Positions 55,893-64,000 of a DNA stretch of 64,000 bases are shown piece by piece. A program made the translations under genes and the position numbers. The stretch's first letter is position 1. Every line of letters starts with the position of its first letter. The stretch is from Candidatus Liptonbacteria bacterium (lineage in GTDB: Bacteria > Patescibacteriota > Minisyncoccia > UBA6257 > 2-01-FULL-56-20): positions 163 through 64,162 of the forward strand of contig JAHFLL010000001.1 of the NCBI GenBank assembly GCA_023244895.1. The letters are read 5' to 3'. The notes below the pieces were generated by a model. It was given only the letters and a program-made list of their open reading frames with translations. It was not told where the DNA came from and searched no databases.

Positions 55893-56459
55893 ATGGTAGT
55901 AAATTACTTCGGTAATGGTTGTTTTCGTTTGCAGAGCGGGGATACTTCTCTGGTCGTGAACCCAACCAGTAATCGTTTCAAGGCGGATGCTGTCTTGCGG
56001 ACTCTTATGTTGTCCGGAGATCCAGTGGTGCCCGAGGAAATTTCTTTTCCGGGCGAGTACGAGGTCAAGGGCATAGAGATACAGGGCTGGCCGCTTAAAG
56101 AAGAGTCTACCGCCAAGATAGTAAAAAGTATTTTTATGGTGACTTGGGAGGATGCCAAGATGCTTTTTTTGGGACATATTTCAAAATCCCTGCCAGCCGA
56201 TATATTAGAGGAGGTTGGCGACCCGGATTTGGTTTTTATTCCGACCGGAGACGAACACTTCATTCCGGCGGAGGATGCGGTTAAGCTCATTAAGCGGCTT
56301 GAGCCCAAGATAGTGATACCCGCGTTTTATAAGAATGCGACAGCTTTAGAAAAGGCGATGGGCAAGGGTTCTGAGACTCAGGAAAAATTTGTCTTTCGGC
56401 GTAAGGACCTAGGGGAAGAGGCCAAGGCAAAATTAATAATCTTAGAAAGCAAGGGATAA
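55893..56459 (+). CDS. MBL-fold/UPF0173-like metal-dependent hydrolase (tentative)
   Basis: The 188-aa protein has an N-terminal ...GNGCFRLQSGDTSLVVNP... beta-lactamase-fold-like pattern. Confidence 0.4.
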   Translation: MVVNYFGNGCFRLQSGDTSLVVNPTSNRFKADAVLRTLMLSGDPVVPEEISFPGEYEVKGIEIQGWPLKEESTAKIVKSIFMVTWEDAKMLFLGHISKSLPADILEEVGDPDLVFIPTGDEHFIPAEDAVKLIKRLEPKIVIPAFYKNATALEKAMGKGSETQEKFVFRRKDLGEEAKAKLIILESKG

Positions 56460-56591
56460 AAGCGCGATGTCCCGTAAGAAATATGGAGAAAAATGTTTTC
56501 TCCATAAAAAACGGAGAACCCAAACAGCTAAGCACTACTAAATAAAATGTCGTCAGATACAACAACGGAAAACATTTAATTTTTTACGGGA

Positions 56592-56882
56592 ATGCCTAAT
56601 TTTTTAGAGAGAATTAGAATCTCTGACGATCAAACCAAAAAGCGCTGGCTAATAGGCGTAAGTGCCGCGATTATGTTCCTGGTAATATGGGTTTGGCTGG
56701 GATATTTTAATTCTCTTTTTGTGCGCCCAGAGACAACCCAGTCGGAACCCACGAACACGTTTTCCTTTTGGGACAGCGTTAAGGGAGGAAGTAGCGCCGC
56801 TTGGAGCAGTTTAACGGCTTCTATGAAAAATATCGGTGGAATGTTTGTCTCTCCTAAAGAATATATAATTCAGCCTCAATAA
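56592..56882 (+). CDS. small hypothetical membrane protein
   Basis: The 96-aa ORF has one TM helix and lies just upstream of gyrA. Confidence 0.4.
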   Translation: MPNFLERIRISDDQTKKRWLIGVSAAIMFLVIWVWLGYFNSLFVRPETTQSEPTNTFSFWDSVKGGSSAAWSSLTASMKNIGGMFVSPKEYIIQPQ

Positions 56883-56898
56883 TATTTAATTTATTCTT

Positions 56899-59337
56899 AT
56901 GGATATACAAAAGAGAGAGATAACGTCTGAACTGCAAGAAGCGTATCTGGATTACGCCATGTCGGTTATTGTCTCCCGCGCCCTGCCTGACATTCGGGAC
57001 GGTCTAAAGCCAGTTCACCGCCGCGTGCTCTGGGCCATGTGGGATTCCGGGTTGACCCATCAGGCTAAATTCCGCAAATCCGCTAACGTCGTAGGAGAAA
57101 CGATGGGTAGGTATCACCCCCACGGCGACTCCGCTATTTACGACACCTTGGTCCGTTTGGCCCAGGATTTTTCTATGCGTTATCCGCTCGTGCAGGGTCA
57201 GGGTAACTTTGGTTCGGTGGATGGCGATTCCGCCGCGGCTATGCGTTACACCGAAGCGCGCTTAGCGAAGATTTCCGAGGAGCTCTTGGGCGATATTGAG
57301 AAAGAGACGGTAGATTTTATTCCCAACTATGACGCCACCCGTACCGAACCGAGAGTTCTGCCCGCCAAACTCCCTAATCTTCTTTTGAATGGCAGTCAGG
57401 GAATCGCGGTGGGTATGGCGACCAGTATTCCGCCTCACAATCTTAAGGAGGTGGTGGATGCCGTTCTGTATCTGTCCGAAAATCCAGATGCTACCAACGA
57501 CGACCTGATGGATATTATCCAGGGTCCCGACTTTCCGACGGGGGGCATAATTTTTGATCGTAAATCCATCAAGGAAGCATATGCTTCCGGTCGGGGAGGA
57601 ATTATCTGTCGCGCCAAGATAGACGTGGAGGAGCGCAAGAACCGCCAGTTTGATTTGATAGTGACAGAGATTCCGTACCAGGTTAACAAGTCGGAGCTTA
57701 TCAAAAAAATCGCGGAGTTGGTTCAGGATAAAAAGGTAGAAGGCATCCGAGATGTTCGGGATGAGTCCGATCGGGAGGGCATGCGTATCGTGATTGAGCT
57801 AAAGAATGATATCGCGCCTCAGCGCATAATGAACCAGTTGTTTAAATACACCGATCTTCAAAAGGATTTTCATTTAAATATGATCGGTTTAGTGAACAAT
57901 GGACTGGAGCCGCGCCTTTTATCAGTCAAAGACATCTTAGAAGCCTATCTTGATTACCGTAAGATCGTTATTCGCCGTCGCACCGAGTTTGATCTCCGAA
58001 AAGCGGAGGAGCGTGCCCACATATTGGAAGGTTTAGCCAAGGCGCTCGCCACCATAGACAGGATTATTGCCACCATTAAGAAGTCCAAAAACAAAGACGA
58101 CGCGCACAAGAACCTGGTTGGCCAATTCAAATTGAGCGACGTCCAAGCCACCGCTATTTTAGAGATGCGCCTTCAGACCCTGGCCGCCTTGGAGCGCCAG
58201 AAGATAGAGGACGAGCTCAAGGAGAAAAGAGATTTAATCAAAGAATTACAGACGATCTTAAAGAGTCCTGCCAAGATGCTCGCAATCATCAAAAAAGAGA
58301 TAACCGACCTGTCTAAAACCTACGACAACGGCCGACGCACCCAAGTAGTCCAGAACGGGCTAACGGAAGTAAAAGACGAGGATCTCATTCCTCAGGAAGA
58401 AGCGGTTATAACTTTCTCGTCCGGAGGATACATCAAACGTTTACCGCCCGACACCTTTAAGAGTCAGAAGAGGGGAGGCAAGGGATTAATTGGCTCAGAA
58501 GTGGGCGAGGAAGACTTCTTGATTCACTTCTTATCTGCCGCCACCCATGACAACATTTTATTCTTCACCGACCGGGGTCGGGTTTTCCAGACTAAGGTTT
58601 ATGAAATTCCTCCCGCCAGCCGCACGTCCAAGGGTCGCGCCATTCACAATTTCTTGGAACTGCCTACGGATGAAAACATCGGCGCGATAATAGCCTACCC
58701 CGATAACAAAAAAGTGTTGGCTGATTCCGCTCTGGTTATGGTTACGCGGGATGGTGTTATCAAAAAGACCATGCTGGAAGACTTTCGCAATATCCGCCGT
58801 ACGGGCATAATTGCTATTTCGCTCAAAAAGGGAGACTTACTAAAAGGTGTGAAAATGTCGGATGGCAAAAGCCAGATAGTGCTTACTACCGAGAAGGGAC
58901 AGTCTATTCGCTTCAAGGAGTCCCAGGTGCGCAAAATGGGACGTTCCGCGGCCGGTATTCGCGCTATTCGCCTCAAGAAAGGGGATCAGGTGGCCAGTTT
59001 TGATTTAATTTTAGAAAGCGAAAAGGAAAAGGGTAAGGAGGGCAGGTTGCTGGTCGTGATGTCAAACGGTTTCGCCAAACAAACTAAACTTAAGGAATAC
59101 AAGGTTCAGAATCGGGGTGGTTCTGGTATTCGCACCGCCAACATCACCGCAAAGACGGGTAACCTGATAGACGCGCGCATTATAACCGAAGAAACGGAAC
59201 TCTTGGCGCTATCCGCTAAGGGTCAGGTGATACGCACCGAGCTTAATAGCGTGAGAACAACCGGACGTTCCGCGCAGGGGGTGCGTATTATGACTCTTCA
59301 CTCGGGCGACCGCTTGGCAGGGATAGTGGTAATTTAG
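56899..59337 (+). CDS. gyrA: DNA gyrase subunit A
   Basis: The active-site region is [38 protein letters not shown]-terminal beta-pinwheel repeats are present. Confidence 0.95.
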   Translation: MDIQKREITSELQEAYLDYAMSVIVSRALPDIRDGLKPVHRRVLWAMWDSGLTHQAKFRKSANVVGETMGRYHPHGDSAIYDTLVRLAQDFSMRYPLVQGQGNFGSVDGDSAAAMRYTEARLAKISEELLGDIEKETVDFIPNYDATRTEPRVLPAKLPNLLLNGSQGIAVGMATSIPPHNLKEVVDAVLYLSENPDATNDDLMDIIQGPDFPTGGIIFDRKSIKEAYASGRGGIICRAKIDVEERKNRQFDLIVTEIPYQVNKSELIKKIAELVQDKKVEGIRDVRDESDREGMRIVIELKNDIAPQRIMNQLFKYTDLQKDFHLNMIGLVNNGLEPRLLSVKDILEAYLDYRKIVIRRRTEFDLRKAEERAHILEGLAKALATIDRIIATIKKSKNKDDAHKNLVGQFKLSDVQATAILEMRLQTLAALERQKIEDELKEKRDLIKELQTILKSPAKMLAIIKKEITDLSKTYDNGRRTQVVQNGLTEVKDEDLIPQEEAVITFSSGGYIKRLPPDTFKSQKRGGKGLIGSEVGEEDFLIHFLSAATHDNILFFTDRGRVFQTKVYEIPPASRTSKGRAIHNFLELPTDENIGAIIAYPDNKKVLADSALVMVTRDGVIKKTMLEDFRNIRRTGIIAISLKKGDLLKGVKMSDGKSQIVLTTEKGQSIRFKESQVRKMGRSAAGIRAIRLKKGDQVASFDLILESEKEKGKEGRLLVVMSNGFAKQTKLKEYKVQNRGGSGIRTANITAKTGNLIDARIITEETELLALSAKGQVIRTELNSVRTTGRSAQGVRIMTLHSGDRLAGIVVI

Positions 59338-59429
59338 TCAGTAGGCGGTGGGTATCACATGGCAGATACGGGCCTCCTGTTGTTACCTACTGCTCACCAC
59401 TCATCACCTACTTATGATAGAATATATCC

Positions 59430-60707
59430 GTGCTTCCTTTATCTAAAAAACAGCTGATAATCTTAGGCGGCTTAATATTTTTGGGGCTGATTGTGGTCGG
59501 AGTGGTTTTTATGAATTTACGCACGAACACCGATCCGCAACCCGTGCTTATTAAAGTTTGGGGGTTGGACTCAAAAAACGTATTTGACCAGTTCGCCAGT
59601 TCGTATCGCGCAGCAAACCCAAACGTAACTATAGAATATAAGGAGCTCAACCCGGAGTATTATGGGGATCAGGTAGTAGATGCAATGGCGACCGGCGAGG
59701 GTCCGGACGTGTTTATGGTGCATAATCGTAACCTGTCTGGTTTTCAAGATAAGATAGTTCCATATGGAGGACTTATTCCTTCCGCAACTCAAGACAAAAA
59801 TGCTTTTAGTATCGTTGGGTTGAGAAGCTCCTTCCCGTCCATAGTGGAGCAGGACTTCGTGCGAGGAGGGAAGATATACGCACTACCGCTTTATATAGAC
59901 ACCTTGGCTATGTTTTATAATCAGGATCTTTTTGACCGCGCGTCCATAGTAACTGCTCCGCGCACCTGGGAAGACTTTAAGAAGGTAGTTCCTTACTTAC
60001 GCTCCATGAATCAAAACAACCAAATCGTTCAGTCTGCCGCGGCGATTGGCGGTTCGGATAAAACGGTCCGACACTCCGCAGGCCTAGTGGAGCTTTTATT
60101 GACTCAAAATACTGACGGCCAATCTTCCAGTCGAGACAAGGAGCAAGACGCCTTTGATTTTTATCTGCAATTCGGAAACTCCGGCAGTAGTTACTACACT
60201 TGGAACGAAACTTTAGGGAAGGATTACGAAGCGTTTCAAAACGACAAGGTGGCGATTATTTTTGGTTATCACGCCGACAAGAAAGAACTCCTCCAAAAAA
60301 ATCCCTACTTAAACCTACGGGCGGTCCAGGTTCCTCAAGTTGGCTCTAACGCTAAAAGCTTTGCGGATTATTGGGGTCTGGCCGTCTCTAAACAGAGCAA
60401 GATACCCACTGAAGCCTGGGATTTTATAGTTAAATTTACCACTTCCTACAGTACGGCTAAACAGTATATGACTGCGACCCAGCGCCCACCAGCCCTGAAA
60501 TCCCTGATAGAAGAGAACATAAACGATATTGAGCTGGGAGTTTTCGCCCGCCAAGCTTTAACGGCGCGGGTCTATCCGGTTACAGATGGCCAAGCAGCGG
60601 ACACATATATCAATCAGGCCATAAATAAAGTCGTATCCGGCCAGGTAGATTCCCGAGCTGCTTTTTCGGAAGCAAAATCAAAATTGGATTTGATAAAATT
60701 AAAGTAA
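59430..60707 (+). CDS. extracellular solute-binding protein (ABC transporter, family 1-like)
   Basis: The 425-aa protein has an N-terminal anchor and an SBP-like domain composition. Confidence 0.6.
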   Translation: MLPLSKKQLIILGGLIFLGLIVVGVVFMNLRTNTDPQPVLIKVWGLDSKNVFDQFASSYRAANPNVTIEYKELNPEYYGDQVVDAMATGEGPDVFMVHNRNLSGFQDKIVPYGGLIPSATQDKNAFSIVGLRSSFPSIVEQDFVRGGKIYALPLYIDTLAMFYNQDLFDRASIVTAPRTWEDFKKVVPYLRSMNQNNQIVQSAAAIGGSDKTVRHSAGLVELLLTQNTDGQSSSRDKEQDAFDFYLQFGNSGSSYYTWNETLGKDYEAFQNDKVAIIFGYHADKKELLQKNPYLNLRAVQVPQVGSNAKSFADYWGLAVSKQSKIPTEAWDFIVKFTTSYSTAKQYMTATQRPPALKSLIEENINDIELGVFARQALTARVYPVTDGQAADTYINQAINKVVSGQVDSRAAFSEAKSKLDLIKLK

Positions 60708-61424
60708 ATGAATATCTATAAAAAGTACTTATTGGGCCTGGCTCTTTCCTTGTTTGTGTTTTTAGCCCTGTCCTCTTTCGCGTCGGCTCAAACTTCAAAT
60801 GTCGAGTTCCCGTATTGGCCGGACAAAACCACGCCGCTTCTTTCCTGCTCGGGCGACTACACTAATCCCTCCTCAACCCAGTGTAGAAGCTTGTGTGATG
60901 TTATTTCTACTTTTCAGCGCATTCTCTATTTCATTATGACCCTGATTCTTTTTGTCGGGGCGCCAATTATGTTTATCTTGGGCGGAGGAATGATTTTTTT
61001 CGCGGGCACCAATCCGTCTCTGCTAGAGCAGGGCAAAAAGGTTATATGGGGCGCGGTTATCGGCGTAGTCTTAGCTTTATCCGCCTATATTATAGTCGGC
61101 ACATTTCTATGGCTAATCGGTAATCCTGAGGCAGGTAAAAAAGATGCGCAAGGCAATAGCGTTCAAAGGGTTAGTTGGCCCGATATTTCCTGTGATCCCG
61201 CGGCTATTTTTGGCGGTCAATTGGAGCTTTGGAAGGGAAATGCCACTGCTGGCCCGGTGCCCAACAGGAGTACTGATGGAGGAGGGGGCAAGGGTTCGCC
61301 AACTTGGAGCGGATGCAAGGGGTTCTTTACTGTGGGGTGTCATTTTGGGACCACACTGTGCGAGGGAAAAACATGTGAGTGTGTTACCGGCGCTACTGCC
61401 GCAGAGTGTAAAAGCAAACAGTAA
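60708..61424 (+). CDS. TrbC/VirB2-like (T4SS-pilin-type) protein with Cys-rich C-terminal domain
   Basis: It has a signal peptide, two TM helices and the conserved FFAGTNPSLLEQGKKVIWGAVIGVVLAL turn motif. Paralogs downstream share the xAGDPEK/AGNPG motif. Confidence 0.6.
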   Translation: MNIYKKYLLGLALSLFVFLALSSFASAQTSNVEFPYWPDKTTPLLSCSGDYTNPSSTQCRSLCDVISTFQRILYFIMTLILFVGAPIMFILGGGMIFFAGTNPSLLEQGKKVIWGAVIGVVLALSAYIIVGTFLWLIGNPEAGKKDAQGNSVQRVSWPDISCDPAAIFGGQLELWKGNATAGPVPNRSTDGGGGKGSPTWSGCKGFFTVGCHFGTTLCEGKTCECVTGATAAECKSKQ

Positions 61425-61478
61425 AATATCTTGTTTGGAAGAGCTGGTAAGCATTCTGGCATAATCAATTTTTGAACA

Positions 61479-62345
61479 ATGCAAAGAGCATTAACAATTT
61501 CACTAGCCTTGCTTCTGTTACCGCTTTTAGTTTTAGCTGCTAATACTCCCGCCCCCGTCGGCGGTCCCTCTTTCACGTCTACCCCTAAGTCTCTCCAGAC
61601 AGTCATTCAGAATATATTCAATCTAGCCCTTCTGGTCTCGGGCATCTTAGCGTTTGGAGCGGTTATCTATGGTGCTTTTATGTATACCTTCAGTGCGGGT
61701 AACCCAGGCATGCAATCTGATGCCCGAGACCAGATTCTACAAGCCTTCTTGGGTCTAGCCCTCCTTCTGGGAGGATATCTGGTCTTAAACCTCATTAACC
61801 CCAACCTGACCAATATGACTCTAAGCCCCCTGCCTGCGGTGGAGGCGCCGAAGAGTCCCTACAATCCCAGATATTTAGTAGGCAACTGTAGTCTATTGAC
61901 CTCTCCCTGGGGTGACCCCGACTCCCTGAGGCCGTATTTTGGAGTCAACGCAGAGATGGCTTCCCGCATAGTGAACCAGGAGAGCGGTAATCGTCCATTC
62001 GCGGAGAGTAGCATGGATAAGTGCAAAGATGGTAATAAGTTTTCCATGGGCTTATTCCAGATTAATATAATCGCTCATGGAGGAAATCTCGGGTGCGAAG
62101 CAGGCATCTTTGAGACTAACGGAGGGGGCACTCAGGGAAACTGTTTGCGTAGAAATCCAGTCAAGAAATATTGCGAAGAATGGGATTGCAAGGTTGTAGC
62201 CGGCAAAGAGGCTGCCTATAATAGCTGTAAGGCGATAGCAAAGGATCCCCAAAGAAACATAGAGTATGCCTCTAGAATATCCAACAAGGGGGCGAACTGG
62301 GGTCCTTGGCAATATACCTATGACTTATGCAAGGGCGCGCAATAG
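61479..62345 (+). CDS. pilin-like N-terminal domain fused to lytic transglycosylase (SLT/VirB1-like) domain
   Basis: The N-terminal part has a signal peptide and a TM hairpin with FSAGNPGMQSDARDQILQAFLGLALLL. The C-terminal part has the SLT motifs QES...SMGLFQIN and AAYNS. Confidence 0.6.
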   Translation: MQRALTISLALLLLPLLVLAANTPAPVGGPSFTSTPKSLQTVIQNIFNLALLVSGILAFGAVIYGAFMYTFSAGNPGMQSDARDQILQAFLGLALLLGGYLVLNLINPNLTNMTLSPLPAVEAPKSPYNPRYLVGNCSLLTSPWGDPDSLRPYFGVNAEMASRIVNQESGNRPFAESSMDKCKDGNKFSMGLFQINIIAHGGNLGCEAGIFETNGGGTQGNCLRRNPVKKYCEEWDCKVVAGKEAAYNSCKAIAKDPQRNIEYASRISNKGANWGPWQYTYDLCKGAQ

Positions 62346-62357
62346 AAATATAAAAAA

Positions 62358-62855
62358 GTGAAAAAAACAATTATCGGGACAATAATATTAATAATACTCG
62401 GCGCCATAGTCTGGGGTATCATTTCGTATCTGGGTGGTGCCGGCGGGGACGGGTCCGGGGCGGGCGGGGGCGGGAGTCTGCCGCCAATAGTTTTACCTCG
62501 GGTAGAAACTAGCACTTTACCAGTCAGCGACAAAATAGTTGTAGATACCCCTACAGGGGGAGTGGAAATGAATAATTTTTATAAGACCGCTAAAGAAGTA
62601 AATAGCGAGAGAGATGTTCTGGTTCAAAAGGATAACAGATTTGATGTGACCTATATATCTTCCGGAGGCAACTTTATAATAGGGATATTACAAGAGCCCA
62701 TTGAAGAAAATCGTTTAGTAGCGGAGCGTGCGTTTTTGTCCGGGCTTGGGATATCTGAAGCGCAGGCCTGCCGGCTGACGGTATGGGTGGGTGTTCCGAG
62801 AGAGGTAAGCGAAGCATATTCTGGTCGCAATCTTGGTCTAAGTTTCTGTAGATAG
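62358..62855 (+). CDS. hypothetical membrane-anchored protein with Gly-rich linker
   Basis: The 165-aa ORF has an N-terminal TM helix and a GGAGGDGSGAGGGGS linker. Confidence 0.45.
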   Translation: MKKTIIGTIILIILGAIVWGIISYLGGAGGDGSGAGGGGSLPPIVLPRVETSTLPVSDKIVVDTPTGGVEMNNFYKTAKEVNSERDVLVQKDNRFDVTYISSGGNFIIGILQEPIEENRLVAERAFLSGLGISEAQACRLTVWVGVPREVSEAYSGRNLGLSFCR

Positions 62856-62895
62856 CCTATCCGCGCCATGCTTTATCAACTATTAGCCATAAATT

Positions 62896-63339
62896 ATGAG
62901 TTGTCTGGGACGGGTTGATTTTGCTATAATATATCCAATGAAAAAAGTAGTGTTTATGGTGGCTTTTGCGGCTTGGGCCATGTTGCTATTGGGGGCGCTT
63001 ATATCTCCAGTGTTAGTTTCGGGAGCGGACAACGAAGGTCCTGGTGGTAACTCCACTACTACTGTTATCAAATTTCCGAACCCCTTGGGCAACTGCGCGC
63101 CGACGGGCAACCAGTTGCAGTGTGTTATCTATCTGATAATAGACAAGCTGATACTGCTTTCCATACCCATAGTAAGCGCGCTGGTTATATTCGCGGCCTA
63201 TCAGATTATGACTTCCGCTGGCGACCCCGAGAAATTCAAAACCGGAACGAAAACCTTGCTTTATACGGCAATAGGATTTGCCATAATCCTTGCTTCCAAA
63301 GGGGTTGCCCTACTCTTACAGGACATACTAAAGAGTTAG
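62896..63339 (+). CDS. TrbC/VirB2-like (T4SS-pilin-type) protein
   Basis: IFAAYQIMTSAGDPEKFKTGTKTLLYTAIGFAIILA is the family motif, and there is a signal peptide. Confidence 0.6.
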   Translation: MSCLGRVDFAIIYPMKKVVFMVAFAAWAMLLLGALISPVLVSGADNEGPGGNSTTTVIKFPNPLGNCAPTGNQLQCVIYLIIDKLILLSIPIVSALVIFAAYQIMTSAGDPEKFKTGTKTLLYTAIGFAIILASKGVALLLQDILKS

Positions 63340-63428
63340 TTGTGTTATATAATTAAAACTGATAATATCGCTGAGTAGAGATAGATTGAAAGAAAGGTCG
63401 AGCAAATATCTAAATATATCTAAATAGG

Positions 63429-63785
63429 ATGAGTAAAGCAGTAAAACTAACTTTAATCGCGCAGTTTCTACCGTTGTTGGCCTTCGCGCAACAGCAGACG
63501 CCTGGCGTAGACGTTTCTACTTTCGCCCGGTTAATTCAAGTGATTTGTACTTTAGTTGGTTACGCGTTCGCGCTATTAATTGTGTTGGCTGTTATATTTG
63601 TGATTTATGCTGCCTTCTTATATCTGACCGCCGCTGGCGACCCAGAGAAAGTTAAGAAAGCAAACTCCACAATTCTGTACGCCGCAATTGCCGTAGCCGT
63701 AGCGCTTCTGGCTAAGTCTATGCCGTTCTTGGTTGCCTCTATTCTTCAGGTCAATATCGGTACTGGAAACACCTGCGGAACATAG
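63429..63785 (+). CDS. TrbC/VirB2-like (T4SS-pilin-type) protein
   Basis: It has a signal peptide and AAFLYLTAAGDPEKVKKANSTILYAAIAVAVALLA. Confidence 0.65.
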   Translation: MSKAVKLTLIAQFLPLLAFAQQQTPGVDVSTFARLIQVICTLVGYAFALLIVLAVIFVIYAAFLYLTAAGDPEKVKKANSTILYAAIAVAVALLAKSMPFLVASILQVNIGTGNTCGT

Positions 63786-64000
63786 AGCTTTCTTATGTTT
63801 TGTTTTGCAAGAACCTCCTCTTTTGGGGGTTTTTGCTTTTGTGCTTTTAATAAAATATATCTGCGGACTACTCGGAACTTTTATAATAAATTTTTAGGCG
63901 CCGGGGATTGAATCCTCGGCGCCTATAGCTTCACCTCTCTTTCAGTGTCGGAAGATCCTCTGCCCTACTTCTCTTCCATCTCGGGTTGGGAATCGGAATT

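Noticed and set aside
63900-63940. Hairpin AGGCGCCGAGGATTCAATCCCCGGCGCCT near the window end considered as a tRNA T-arm or truncated tRNA
   Set aside because: No acceptor, D or anticodon arms can be built around it, and it lacks a T-tract on either side, so I left it unannotated.

Overview
The window is a 64-kb chromosomal segment of about 47% GC with small, tightly packed genes. I guess it comes from a reduced-genome bacterium of the Candidate Phyla Radiation (CPR/Patescibacteria); that guess rests on the H+-pyrophosphatase, the TrbC/VirB2-like pilin paralogs, a giant membrane protein and short tRNAs. Housekeeping genes I can name are rsmA, a UvrD/PcrA helicase, comM, dksA-like, yraN, nusA, hppA, clpP, the livKHMGF ABC operon, tyrS, ftsH, rpsA and gyrA. 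There is a glycerate-to-PEP cluster (glycerate kinase, ppsA, a D-2-hydroxyacid dehydrogenase and enolase) and a folate/dNTP cluster (dcd, glyA, folD, thyA, dCMP deaminase and folA). I also called ccdA with a thioredoxin-like gene and 7 tRNAs: Gly-UCC, Ile-UAU, His-GUG, Val-UAC, Pro-UGG, Arg-UCU and Phe-GAA. There are no rRNA genes, CRISPR arrays, integrases or transposases. The most unusual thing is a family of roughly 90-nt conserved, apparently structured elements that sit directly after three different tRNA genes (Ile, Arg, Gly). Each starts with the reverse complement of its neighbour tRNA's T-loop and ends with a 20-nt direct copy of that tRNA's 3' end, and two internal hairpins covary between copies. 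Other notable features are an intergenic block with DnaA-box-like motifs next to an array of at least 7 palindromic operator-like repeats (TGTTT-N6-AAACA); several short high-GC (about 60-65%) islands that each carry one or two accessory genes; a 589-aa cysteine-rich tandem-repeat protein; a 1226-aa membrane protein; and a pilin-like gene cluster that includes a pilin-lytic transglycosylase fusion.
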